Of a DNA stretch of 64,000 nt, positions 52,162 to 64,000 are shown in pieces. The DNA is from Felis catus (Eukaryota). A program made the translations under genes and the position numbers. Below the pieces are notes generated by a model. The model had not been told where the DNA came from and did no database searches. It saw nothing but the letters and a program-made list of their open reading frames with translations. How positions within the stretch are numbered: position 1 is the first letter of the stretch; the number at the start of each line of letters is the position of its first letter. The stretch lies in contig NC_058368.1 in assembly GCF_018350175.1 (NCBI RefSeq), forward strand, positions 235,354,001 to 235,418,000, read 5' to 3'.

Positions 52162-52209
52162 TTGAAAGTAAACTATGGCTAAAAACTAAAATCCCAAATG
52201 TGAGAGGAA

Positions 52210-52327
52210 GAATTTTAAAAATCCAGTGTTAGACCCCAATGCTTCGGTGATTCTCATTTTCAGGGTGGGATTTAACAAGCCCTTGGATGATTTCCACGTC
52301 CACTAGGGTTTAAGAATCACTGGGCTA
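52210..52327. mobile_element. MER5-like remnant
   Basis: tttaacaagccct...gatgatt...gtttaagaatcactggg. Confidence 0.55.
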
Positions 52328-54158
52328 GCTCTCTTTTCCCAGTGTTTACTTTCGTCCAAGTACCAACCTCTCAAGGAGATAGGTTGTAATGGATCTCCCA
52401 TCACTCCCTGTAGCCCTGGGTAGATCAAGTCAAATCATCCGGCTTACCGTAAAGCCGGGGAATCGGACCAGATGACTTCTCATTTCTCACCCCCTTTCTC
52501 TTATTTGGTTTACTCGGAATCACATCACCCTGGATTTGTCTGCTTCAAAGGCGTTTTCAACCCTGCTGCAAAATGACACGCCAGAATTTGCTCCTATCTC
52601 GACCTCTCGGCAGAGCAGGAGCCGCGGAGCACGTCGGATTTCCCTTCGACGGACACGTGCGGAGACCGGCAAAAGTGGAAGCCCCAGACTCCCCTGCGTC
52701 CCCAGGGTCTGGCGGGGACCGTCCTTGGCCAGGGGGCTGTCTGGCTCAGAGCTGGGGTCACGCCTCAGCCCCGAGTGGGGGAGTCTACACACATTTCAGG
52801 GTGCACATAGGCACCAGGAGAGCGGCAGGACTGAAGCGGGGTGCCCACCCGCGGACAGCACTGGGCGTGAGCTCTGCAAACGTGGGGGCTTGGTGTGGCA
52901 GGTGGGCATAGCCCTGTGCTCTCCAGCACAGGAACACGCTTCCCTTCTTAAAGGGTGCCCTTTGGGAAGCTACAGGGACACTGGGGAATGTGGGATCGGG
53001 GTCCACCTTGCCTTTGTCTTTGGCTACCTGTGGGATCACACGTGCCGCAGGGACCCACGACAGAGTCCAGTGTGGCCCATCTGGGGAGGTGGAGTCTTCC
53101 TTCCTCACTTGACTGAGAGGAAAAGGCACGGGGCAAGGGAACTCGCTCGTCCTCTCCCCACGGTACCCCCTCCACTCCCCTGACCTCTCCCCAGGAACAG
53201 TACACCTGTTCAGCCTGTGATGGGAGTAGAAAGCTCTTTACGGGAGATGCATCAGAGTCCTTCCTGGCGGCTCCCCTGCCCGCACGTCCCTCTCTCCTGG
53301 ATTGTGGGCTCCCACACACGGCCATCTTGCCGTCCTGTTTTGTACCCCAGTGCCTTCATCTCAGGGCAGACAGTAGGGGCTCAATAAATACACCTAATGA
53401 ATGGACCACTGCACTAGAGGTAAGGTGTCATTCTGTCACTTCTGTGGGAAAAGCAACGTTTAAGTGTGAAATGAGGTAAAACGTAAGCTATAAACCAGAA
53501 ATGTCTCCATAGGCATTTTCAGAACTCCTGGCCCTTCTGTGGACACCCCACCCCCTCTCCAAAGTCACAGCGGACAGGGAATGAGAAGGGGACAGTAGAG
53601 CCATGGAGGGGGCAGCAGATACACCCTTCAGAAACGCACATGCGGTGGCTCAGGACGGAGCCATACTGGGCATCAGACACATGCACGGACAGAACATGGC
53701 GGCAGACGTGGGAACGGCTTTGCAAGGTCTACGGAGCAAGGGCCAAAGTCAAGGTCAGGAAGTAGAAAGCCGGGAGTTTATACAGATCTCTACTCTGGTT
53801 GGCAGGAGGTGAAATGGAAGTTACTGGCTCCTTATAAAACACGTGTTCATTTGCCCCCCAGTCAGTTGTCACCATTGGCTTTCCTCTGTCCTAAGTGTAC
53901 GTGGTGGCTCCCTCGATGGCTTCCAAGCAGGGGTGATGGGAGAACACGTCTGCAGTGGAGACTGGCCAGCCCACAGAAGTTCCAGGGAAGCGAGCAGGCG
54001 GGATCCGGGCTTCGGAAGTGGTTCCCACAGGAGAAGGGAAACACGTCCTCTGGTAACCTGCAAGCGTGGCTCCGGAGACACACAAGAAAATGTGAGACTT
54101 TTCTCCAACTAGAGTTAACCCCAGGCTGCACTCCATCTCTCAAAAACAACCGGTTGAC

Positions 54159-54345
54159 GGGGTGCCTGGGGGGCTCAGTCGGTTGAGCGTCCGACTCTTG
54201 ATTTCGGCTCAGGTCGTGATCTCACGGCTTGTCAGTTCAAGCCCCACGTGGGGCTCTGGACTGATAACACTGAGCCTGCTGGGGATTCTCTCTCCCTGTC
54301 TCTCTCCCCTCCCCTGCTCTCACTCTCTCAACATTAATCAATAAG
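54159..54345 (+). mobile_element. Can-SINE
   Basis: Typical head and body. Confidence 0.9.
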
Positions 54346-54484
54346 CTTCAACATATAAATAACAAGATTACTGAGGGAAAATGCGTATTCATATAAAAAG
54401 GAAGTGGGGGGAATGGATGTGAGCTTGGAAAACAGGAATCTTGGACCTAACCTGGTTCTGAAATAAGTGGGGTTGGGAGCCAGT

Positions 54485-54723
54485 TGTGTGTGTGAGAGAT
54501 TGCATGTGTGTGTGTGTGTGTGTGTGTGTGTGCCTGTGAGAGTGTGTGCAGCACATGTGGGTCTGTGTGTGTGCGCCTGTGATGTGATGTATGTGTGTGT
54601 GTGCATGGCGTGTGCATGTGTGTGAGTACATACACGGGTACATGAGGTATGTGCAAGTGTGTATGTGTAGAAGTGTGTGTGGTGTGTGTGAGTGCATGTG
54701 AGTGTGTATGTGCAGGTGTACAT

Positions 54724-54760
<37 letters not shown>
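54485..54760. repeat. Compound (TG)n repeat
   Basis: Two long TG runs linked by degenerate TG/CA-type repeats. Confidence 0.95.
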
Positions 54761-54762
<2 letters not shown>

Positions 54763-54835
54763 ATCCTTGTAACCTTCAAATGCCCACAGAGTTTTAGTGG
54801 CCACCTTGGGGTGGAAGGGAAGAGAGGGAGAAGGG

Positions 54836-55140
54836 GAGGGGCCAGGAGGGAGACAGGGCAGGGCAGAAGGAAGATGGGGAGTGGCCAGGAGGGAGATGGG
54901 GCGGGGCGGGGCTGGAGGGGAAATGGGCGGGGCCAGGAGGGAGACAAGGTAGGGCAGGAGGGAGATGGGGCAGGGCTGGGGGCAAATGGGCAGGGCCAGG
55001 AGGGAGACAAGGCAGGGCAGAAGGGGGATGGGGCGGGGCTGGGGGAAATGGGCGGGGCCAGGAGGGAGACAAGGTAGGGCAGGAGGGAGATGGGGCGGGG
55101 CCAGGAGGGGAGGTGGGCAGGGCCAGGAGGGAGAGAAGGT
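54836..55140. repeat. G-rich minisatellite (~21-bp monomers in ~62-63-bp higher-order units)
   Basis: GGCCAGGAGGGAGA recurs at 54931, 54994 and 55056, with ~21-bp sub-repeats. Confidence 0.88.
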
Positions 55141-55637
55141 GGACAGAGCCCAGGCTCCTGTGGGATTGCGGGGTAGGCTGCCCAGGGCGGAGGGTGGCAT
55201 GTTTCACCTGTGTCTTCTGCACTTTGTTCTGTTCTGCTTTTGTGGAGAACTGACACCTTAGTTTGTCAGACGTCAGGGAAGAAGGAAAGCATTTATTTAT
55301 GCTTGTCGGGAAGGACAGTGGAGACAGGTGGGACCCTGAATTCGAACCCAGCCTTGCCAGGAACCAGCAGCGCACCCTGGCCCATGACATCACCTCTCTT
55401 GGTCAGTTCTTGATCAGTCAGTGTGGCTATTAATAAGATGCTATATTATTATATATCACAACACACACACATATATGACGTGATGCTGTGTTTCTTCGCT
55501 CACAAAACCCTCGTACAGAAAGTTCTAAGCGCAAGTACTTGGAAAGTACTTGCTTTCATATCCCTTCTGATCTGAGTATGAAATTAAACGTGGTGCTGAC
55601 CTTCAGATTCAATAGTTGTGTTAAAAATAAGACAGCA

Positions 55638-56096
55638 GGAGTTCCTGGGTGGCTCAGTTGGTTAAGCATCCACCTCTCTTTTTTTTTTCTTTTAACACTT
55701 ATTTATTTTTGAGGGAGAGATAGACAGAGACAGAGACAGAGACAGGGCATGAGCGGGGGAGGGGCAGGGAGAGGGGGAGACACAGAATCCGAAGCAGGCT
55801 CCAGGCTCCGAGCTGTCAGCACAGAGCCTGACGTAGGGCTCGAAACCATGAACCGTGAGATCATGACCTGAGCCAAAGTCAGATGCTCAACCGGCTGAGC
55901 CACCCAGGTGCCCCATGCGTCCAACTCTTGATATTGGCTCAGGTCACGATCTCTCCGTTCGTGGGATGGAGCCTGGAGTCGGGCTCCACGGTGACATCAC
56001 AGAGCCTGCGTGTGATTCTCCCTCTCCCTCTGCCCCTCCCCCACTCATGCACTCACATTCTGTCTCTCTCTCTCTCAAACCTAAATAAACATTAAG
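55638..56096 (+). mobile_element. Can-SINE containing a second, inverted Can-SINE (55680-55914, minus)
   Basis: Host head 55638-55678 resumes at 55915. Near-duplicated GC(A/G)TCCA(C/A)CTCT on both sides of the inner element. Confidence 0.9.
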
Positions 56097-58492
56097 AAAA
56101 GTAAAACAGCAAATTATTACATAGGCTCATACCCTAAAATAAAATGTGGTCCTTCACGCTGCTCACTTGCACATTGAAAACGATTAAAACGGTGAATGCT
56201 TTCCTCTATGGATTTTACCCAAAGAAAAGTTAATAACAGAAAATACAACGGAGGCCCCGGCCCCAGTGGATGCGGCAGGCTCCGCGCTGGCTGGGAGAGG
56301 CAGTCCCTTGCTCTTTGGAGGCTGTTAGAACCCTCCCCGCAGGCTCCACTCTTGCCCCGGCCAAGCTGAGTCCGGTCCACCGAATATTCTCTGGTTCCTG
56401 GAAACCGATCTCGACCTCGATCTTCTCCCTCAAATCGTTTCCTCTGTGTGGGGCTCTTTCTCCTTTACCCTAGCTCCTTAGACCCACCAGCCCCGGGATC
56501 CATGCCAATGTTTCTCCAGCACTGGCTTTTCAGAAAAGAACACCACTGCCAGGTTCCTGTCCCAGAAACCCAGACCCCGACCTAAGTCCCTTCCCCCCCC
56601 ACCTCTCTCTCCTCACAGACCTTTGGCAGCTGCCTGGGTTCCTGGAAGCCTTTTCTTGGAGTTCATATCCAGAACCCTTAACCACAGTTTTTAAATATGT
56701 GCTACTTTTGTAGCAAAACTTGTGTCCTGGGTGATCAGGTTTGCATGTGGGTGTTGGGGTGCCCGTGGTAGAGGGGGTGGAGCCCTCTATGCACCCAGAT
56801 CTCTCTGTATGGCCCTGTGTCTGTGGCCAGTTCATGCGGCTTCCCCAGCTCGGAGTCGGCAGGTACAGGTAGGTCCCTGCCACCCACAAGAAGCCTCCCC
56901 CACCCGTCCTGGGGGCTGGGACCTCCTCTGACCCACTATCCATTCAGGTCACCGTGTCCTCTCACTGCTCTGCAGCGGGATCTTCTGAGTCCTGTAACAT
57001 CTCCTTACGAAAGGAAACTCCCTTTCCCTAACTCTTGAGAAGTTTGCAGATCTGACTGTCAGAACGTTCCCCACACTGCAATAATCCTCTTGAATAAAGT
57101 CCGGGTTAGGTTTTACTGGATGTTAAGCAGAGGCCGCCTCAGTGAAATGCCCACGTCACATCTCAGAAAGGCTACCACGTCCCCACAGTCCCCCCACTGA
57201 GAGGCTGGGATGTGTCCCGCAGGTGGCCTTCCGTCCCGGGGCTGGCTGACTTTGAGGAAACTAAGCGGTGTGGCCACTAGAGTGGGGAGGTGACCGCTGG
57301 ACCCAGCCCCAGAGGGAGGGGGCGCCCAGGACCAGCCTTGCATCAGGATGGGGGGACTTGGGACCCTAAATGACCCACCGGGGCGGGCACATGGGTGTGT
57401 CCATGCCTCCGGCCGGGTAGCCTTCTGGGAAGTCACGGGCCCCCAGACTCACCTCCAACTCTGGCTCCATAGCCAGAGGTCCGTGGACAAGAGGAATGAG
57501 GAATGGACCCTCTGGGTGACTGTATGGGGATCATGTAAAGCCTGCAGGTGTCCACGGACAAGACCCTGAAGAGGTTAGCATCAAACACTCAGGTCAGTTC
57601 GAGCTGGAGGGGACCCCAAGCAGCAGCGATCCCAAACCCCTTCTTTTTCCTCATGAGAAAATGGAAAGCCTGTTGCTGATATCAAACAGAGAAGCGAGGC
57701 AGAGGCGCAGTTAACGTCCCCCAGTCAACTCTGACCCAGAGGCTCTTGTCACTCACCCCTGTCTTATCACTCACCCCCCTCACCTCTGTAATCAGGACTC
57801 CTCGGGGCATGATGTAAGGAGAAACCACAAAAGACGAGCCCAGAAATGTGACTGTATTCAGACGGAATGTGTCAGATAAAACAAATTTGTTTGCAACAGG
57901 CAAAAACCTGACTCCCAACTTCTGCCCCAGATGGGAAGTACTTGCATGAGGCAAGAGAATTGCAATGGCTCAGCTTTCCCCCAGAACAAAGCACCTCATA
58001 AATCTATGAACCCAGTTTGCAAATGAAACTTTTTAATCATTCAGGGAATGTTAATTGGCTGTTGTCCTTAACGCCTCAGAAAGAACTTGTAATGAGGAAA
58101 AAAGCAAAACAGAACAAGTCCCGAGTCTGTGTCTGGATTCGGGGAACTAGACTTCAGTCCCTTTACTTAGTTTTATTTACAGACTTCTTTAAATAAACCC
58201 CGTGGCTTGTCTGTATAGACTGAATGTAAATTACACATCCCTTTCAGGCAAAACCTTACTAACCTGGTTATAAAGTGCGCTCTGGTGGAGTGGGCATTTG
58301 GATCTTTTATGTAGTTATTTCTTTATTTATTTTACTTGAAGGAGATTTTAAGATTTTTTTTTTTCTTTATGGCTGCAAATAACCACCATAACAATCCAGA
58401 AGAACAATGGTTTTAGGGCAGACCTAACCCATAAGACCCTAACAAGAAGCCAGTTCCCCATTCAGTTAGAATGGGGTTACTTATCATTTCTT

Positions 58493-58673
58493 TTTTTTTT
58501 CCTTCTTTTTTAAAACTTTATTCATTTATTGTTGAGAAAGAGACAGCCCGAACAGGCTGTGTGATGTCAGTGCAGAGCCCGACGTGGGGCTCGAACTCAC
58601 AAAACTGCGAGATCATGACCTGAGCTGAAACCAAGAGTCCGGTGCTTAACTGACTGAGCCACCCAAGTGCCCC
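58493..58673 (-). mobile_element. Can-SINE
   Basis: TSD TATCATTTCTT (58482-58492, 58675-58685). Confidence 0.9.
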
Positions 58674-58766
58674 ATATCATTTCTTAAATAAAGTTATGGA
58701 CGTGGAATCCCCTAGCCTCACTGCTTCACATTTGTTGAGCGCCTCTGATAAATCTCACTGTTTTGC

Positions 58767-59551
58767 CTCACACCGGTCAGAGTGGCTAAAATGAACAACT
58801 CAGGAAAACACAGATGCTGCCCAGAGTGTGGAGAAACGGGAACCCTCTTGCACTGCTGGTGGGAATGCAAACTGGTGCAGCCGCTCTGGAAAACAGTGTG
58901 GAGGTTCCTCAAAAAACTAAAAATAAACCTACCCTATGACCCAGCAATAACACTGCTAGGAATTTACCCAAGGGATCCTGGAGTGCTGATGCACAGGGGC
59001 ACTTGTACCCCAGTGTTTACAGCGGCACTTTCAACAGTAGCCAAATTATGGAAAGAGCCTAAATGTCTATCAACTGACGGATGGATAAAGAAATTGTGGT
59101 TTATATACACAACGGAATACTACGTGGCAATGAGAAAGAATGAAATATGGCCTTTTGAAGCAACATGGATGGAACTGGAGGGTATATGTTGAATGGAATA
59201 AGTCAGGCAGAGAAAGACAGGTACCATATGTTTTCACTCTTATGTGGATCCTGAGAAACTTAACAGAAGACCGTGGGGGAGACGAGGGGGAAAAACATTA
59301 CAGGGAGGGAGGGAGGCAAACCATAAGAGACTCTTAAATACAGAAACAAATTGAGGGTGGACGGGGAGGTGGGGGAGAGGGGAAATGGGGGATGGGCATC
59401 GGGGAGGGCCCCGATGAGCACTTGTTGGGATGAGCACTGGGTGTTGTATGGAGGCGACGAATCACGGGAATCTACCCCCGAAACCAAGAGCACACTGGAT
59501 ACGCTGTATGTTAGCCAACTTGACAATACATTATATTAAAAGAATAAATAA
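58767..59551 (+). mobile_element. 5'-truncated carnivore/felid L1 (ORF2 C-terminus plus 3' UTR)
   Basis: Translation [44 protein letters not shown] is the L1 ORF2 C-terminal domain. Frameshift near 59185. G-rich 3' UTR. Degenerate TSD at 58748-58766 and 59552-59570. Confidence 0.95.
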
Positions 59552-60528
59552 ATAACTCTCCCTATTTTGCGTTCAATTTCTTATATGGCAAGTGAATCCC
59601 CCTTGACAGAGACCCTCGAATCACTAAGAGTCAGGGATCCGCATCTGTCCGTGCCGGGCATGGAGAGAACAGAAGGAAGGACTGAGCATCACTGAGCCCC
59701 TGGCTAGCTGCCAACACCCTGCACTGCCCTGACCGCAGCCCTCGGTTTCCCAGCCCTGCCTCCTTCCCCGTTTTCCAGGTGAGCGCCCTTGACACAGACA
59801 TTTATCCCAGCCTCGCCGGTCACAAGAAGAGAAATTCAGATTTGTGGGACCACACCTATGTGCAGCCAGGTCTATCTGCCAGTCTCATCTGGGGCCCCGA
59901 GCGATGCTTTGGTCTCCTGCACAGACAGAATGAGCTTTTAGAGGCAGAAACCAGGCGTCGACAAGGGTAGAGATGACCCGACCTACGGGGCGTCTCAAGT
60001 TCCCAGGCTCTGAGCCTCGTACGTTCAAACCTCACTGAGCCCGACACATTCTCGCAGACACCTCACATTTCTTCAGTGTCGATTAGAAAACTTGTTTTTG
60101 TTATCGTGTTTAACTCTCTGACTCTGCTCGAATACGTACCCTTTTATTTAGGCGAAATTACAAGAACCGTTCGTTTAAGAGGTTGTGTTTTAAACGTCTA
60201 AACCTGGACGTTATGTTTTGTAGAGACGTCTTACAAAGATTTTGGAGGCCCGAGGGGCGGCAGTCGGACGATCCCTTATTTTGTTAGTTATTTTCCACCA
60301 AATGGGACGGCTGGTTTCAGCCCGATCTTGTAAGTCCAGAACAGTCCACACGTGGGGAAAGAGGCCTCTGCAAGCCCACCGACCCCACTTCTCTTCATTG
60401 GGGTGCAGCCCCTGCGGAGGGGCGTGTCAGCAAGGCACGCCCACGAAAGCAGGATTCAGTAGGCAAGAATATGTGGAATCTGGAGATTTAAAGTTCTCAG
60501 TGCAATTGTATCAGTCAACCTACCATAC

Positions 60529-60565
60529 CACAGCACAGCACAGCACAGCACAGCACAGCACAGCA
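60529..60565. repeat. (CACAG)n pentanucleotide repeat
   Basis: About seven perfect copies. Confidence 0.9.
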
Positions 60566-61379
60566 GGAATTCATTGTTTCTGGTGACTTGAACAGGTGCA
60601 CTTGAAATGTTCCCACGGCACGCCGCTGGCCTCTGTCCCCCATCTGCAACGATCTCTCTCCGCTCAGGTGGCCCTCAGGCCACCCATAGCCCCTCTCCTG
60701 CAGGCCCCTGGCTTTCCACTGTTGATCTGGGGGTGTAGCTGCTACTATAATAATATCCAGCCTTCTCCCTCTCCAGTGGAGGCGCCCTGGGGAGGGGGCA
60801 GGAGATCACCCCTGGGGTGGGCCTTCCTACCCCTTCCTTTGCTCCGCCTCCCTCTCGCTCGGCTTTCTCCGTCCGTCTCCCACTGACATACCTGCCCACG
60901 GGCTCCTCTCCCAGGCCCAGAAAGTGTCCTCCGAGGGCTGAAATTTACATCCTTCTTTGCACCCAAGCTCGCTGTCCCACATCCCAGTGCTTTAGGACAT
61001 TGCCCTGCACGAAAGCATCTACTACAGGAATCCACAGTAAGATGATAATACTGTGGCCGACAGAGGCAGATCCAGGTTTTGTGGGGCCCTTTGTGGGGAA
61101 AAGCACACAAAATGAGGTACGAAAGTAGCGTTTATTCAGACTGAGGAAAGAAAGCCAAGCTGAGGACCAGAGAGCCTTGACAGCTCAGGCCGCTGTCTTC
61201 CGAGCTGTGGTTGTGGCATTTACCAGAAATGCCCCCTGGGTTCTGCTTCTGGGCTGCAGCCTGGCTCCCTCCTACCCAGAGCAGCCCTGGAGACCCTTCG
61301 AGCAAAGTTATCTCAGCCTCACGGAAGAGCCCCCTCTGGAGCCACCCAGCGGGGTGTTCTGCAAGGTTGACCAGAAACC

Positions 61380-61560
61380 CCTGATTGGAATCCTGGCCCC
61401 ATTCTCTACTTGGTCACTGGACATCTTGGGAAAGGTTTTCCCACTCTGGGCTTTCCTCACGTGTAAACTGGGGGCAAGAGCATCTACGCCTACGTTTGTG
61501 GAGAGATCGCGCACGTAATCACGTGGCACAAAACACCCGATCAATGGTTGACTATTGGTA
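61380..61560 (+). mobile_element. MIR remnant
   Basis: gaatcctggcccc...cttgggaaagg...ttcctcacgtgtaaactgggg. Confidence 0.6.
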
Positions 61561-62358
61561 ATCCGTTCGATTACGGCAACATTTAGGCAGATGTCTCCAG
61601 GCACAAGGTTCTCTGTGGAGTCTCCCGGAGAATCGCTCTTACTTAAAAACGACAAAAGCAAAGCAACAATGGAGACAGCCGTAACAGTTTTCAGAGCAAA
61701 ATCCGCCCACCGTTCTCAAAAACCATTTCTGTACGAGACAGAGAAGACACAGCAAAGCAGAAAGCCTCCCTAACAGTGTCGGAGAGCGAGGTGTCGGGAC
61801 GCGGCTGCACAGGGACGATGCGCCCTGTCTCCGGGGCCACTGAGATGGGAACCCTCCTGGCCTGGACCCCGTGAGGGGTCCCTTCTCTTCCCAGCCTCTC
61901 TGCTTTCTTCACCGCTGTCCATCCCTTCGACCGCAGGAGGGGAATCAACTCCACAAGAAGCACGCGCTGCGTGACGGGGGAGAGGAAAGACTTACATTCG
62001 GGTTTTTTATTCCAAGTATTGGCTCGAGGTGCTGGTTCTCGAACATGAGAGCAGCACCTCTGGTTCCCCCCAGGCGTTGGATGAGATCTTGGCCAGGCAG
62101 GGCACAAGGGTCTGACCGACGCCAGGAGAGACACGTGCTGGGACGTTGTGTTGCCCTGGCAAGGCCAGAACACTGGGGTCCTGGATCCTGCACCCAAACC
62201 TGAGGGCGGGGAGGAGAACAGAGGTGCAGTGGGAGGGGCGCCTCTACCAGCCCGCCCGAGTAGGCTCACATCCTTGAATCCTAGTCCTTACCACTCACCA
62301 CATAACCTTGGCTTTTCCCCATCGAGGACGAAGCGTATGGGAGGGAAATCCCACGGGG

Positions 62359-62520
62359 CTGTGGACTGGATGTCTACGACTCTTCAAAGTCATATGTTGA
62401 AATCCGAATCCCATCATGCCCACTGGGAGGTAATTAGGTCATGAGGGTGGAGCCTCATGAATGGGGTTAGTGTCCTTATACAAGAGACCCCAGTGCGCTC
62501 CCTGTCCCCTTTGGCCATGG
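62359..62520 (+). mobile_element. MLT1A-like LTR fragment
   Basis: catatgttgaaatcc...gggaggtaattaggtcatgagggtggagcctcatgaatggggttagtgtccttatacaagagacccca. Confidence 0.8.
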
Positions 62521-64000
62521 AATTAAGTAGCCTGCCGAGGTTTCCCCCTACCGATGAGTTTAATCCCCCTCTTTAGTGCGGGCTTGAACCTGCCTGTGGT
62601 TAGTCTAAGGACAGCAGCCAGGCTGTCTCATCACAACGTGACTTCACTGCTATAACTGACCTGATGAACCAAATCAATGTTTTTTTTAAAAGGCAGCCTA
62701 AAATATCAAAAACCTGCGATATTCATTCCGCATACGTCCTTTTGACAAATTTCCCCTTGGAATGTCAGAGAATGTGGACACTTCTTCCGGATGTGACCTG
62801 AAAGGAATTATTGTGTGAGTCAGGGTGGTCAAGGTGTTTTGTACTGACAGGGCAGAGGGATTCTCTGAGCTGCCTCTCTTCGTTGGATCAGGGACGCCGT
62901 GTCTCCTGTCTCGCAAGGTCCTTCGGTTCCGCAGGCTGCGCGGGGATGAACGGGGACGAACAGGGTCGAGGAGGGCTGTGCGGAGATGCCCTCACTGCAG
63001 ACGAGGTTGCATCCACATGTCCTTTGTTTCCATGACCTGCATGCAGCAAGGTAAGAGGTCTCTTAGCGCCTCCGTGGTGACGTCGTGCTTTGTTTGTATA
63101 TTTGGGGCTGGCTTATTTTGCTTTTAGGTGTGGGAACATTCCGTGTCCAAAAGGGAGTCTCTGTTTCATGATCACAGGCTATTTACGTTTGAAAGCATTT
63201 CACGGAGTAGAGCTCGCTCCTGTTTCTCAGGAATGCCGCCCTCTTTGCCCTCCGTAATATCTACAGCCTCCAGTTTGAGAAAAGACCACGGTGTTCTTTG
63301 GTAGGCACTCCCAGGAAGTGACAACCTCGACGGTTGTCACATCGTTCTGAAGGTAGATGTTTCAAGTGTGTGGACTGATTGGATTTTGCCTTCTCTGAGG
63401 ACTAAATATTAGATGTTACGGTCGTAAGTTATTTCTATGAAGACTATAGAAATGCACACACAAACATAGGCAAGTATAGTCCGACCTATGACTCTTCGCG
63501 GTTGAAAAACGGGCTTTTTATTTTTACAGCGAGCATCTAATTCAGAGGCTTTACAAATAATTTACAAGGCTTGCGCAAGGAATGGCACGTTCTCCAGAAT
63601 TTTGCAACACTGAACTTTAATTTATCCTTGCAGGAACGACTGTGGAATTTGCCGAGACGATTTTCACAGAAAAGCGAAATGTGATTTTTGTCCTCAAATT
63701 TCTGATAATTGAGTAACTTGAACCTCCGTGACCTTAACTTCCAAATATTTTGGCCCCATTAAACAAAATAAAGTTGATTGGCTGGTGATGTCAAGCTCTG
63801 TGGATGCAACCATCCATCCACCCTTCTTTTACCGCCATTCGGTCATGTGTTCGTTCTCAACACGTAGTACGTTGGGTTCTCCTGATGTGAATAGTGTGGG
63901 GAGGTGTGTATCGTGAGCCATGGCTCATTCCTTCATTCCCTCTCTCAGGTGCAGATTAATTCCATTTCAAGAGGTAGAGGCAGATGCAGAATTAGAAGAA

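Noticed and set aside
54334..55393. 288-, 269- and 199-aa ORFs
   Set aside because: They are translations of the TG tract and the G-rich minisatellite.
56950..57110. Possible ERV LTR fragment ending in AATAAAGTC
   Set aside because: Resemblance is too weak to assign boundaries or family without a Dfam search.
58782..59192. 136-aa ORF with real protein homology
   Set aside because: It is the L1 ORF2 C-terminus in a 5'-truncated, frameshifted copy, not a host gene.
61061..61180. hAT-like terminal sequence CAGAGGCAGATCCAGGTTTTGTGGGGCC
   Set aside because: Probably a DNA-transposon remnant, but the family and other end could not be fixed confidently.
40000..64000. 3' exons of the syntenic neighbour ADAMTS16
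   Set aside because: I saw no thrombospondin or PLAC-domain coding sequence on either strand.

Overview
Mammalian genomic DNA from a felid, judged by the many tRNA-Lys-derived carnivore SINEs of SINEC_Fc type and a feline-type L1 3' end. The left quarter holds the 5' end of ICE1 (KIAA0947, scaffold of the little elongation complex) on the minus strand. It has a CpG-island promoter near 15.8-17.1 kb and four coding exons of 84, 59, 35 and 19 nt, which splice to MMPGETHSAAPGTAADLSRCQGCASLQQ-NLNEYVEALITLKQKIINTD-NLLTEYQKKCD-ELQFAR(R). The gene continues off the left edge. Intron 3 is a minor-spliceosome (U12-type) AT-AC intron flanked by two micro-exons. It has two in-frame major-spliceosome bypass routes, a young SINE beside its branch point, and there is a 31-codon uORF in the 5' leader. 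The remaining ~47 kb is GC-rich intergenic DNA with SINE, LINE, LTR and DNA-transposon remnants, simple repeats, a G-rich minisatellite and a few candidate regulatory elements. No other protein-coding gene could be supported. Almost all listed ORFs look like chance ORFs in GC-rich or repetitive DNA. Repeat family names come from recalled consensus sequences and are approximate.
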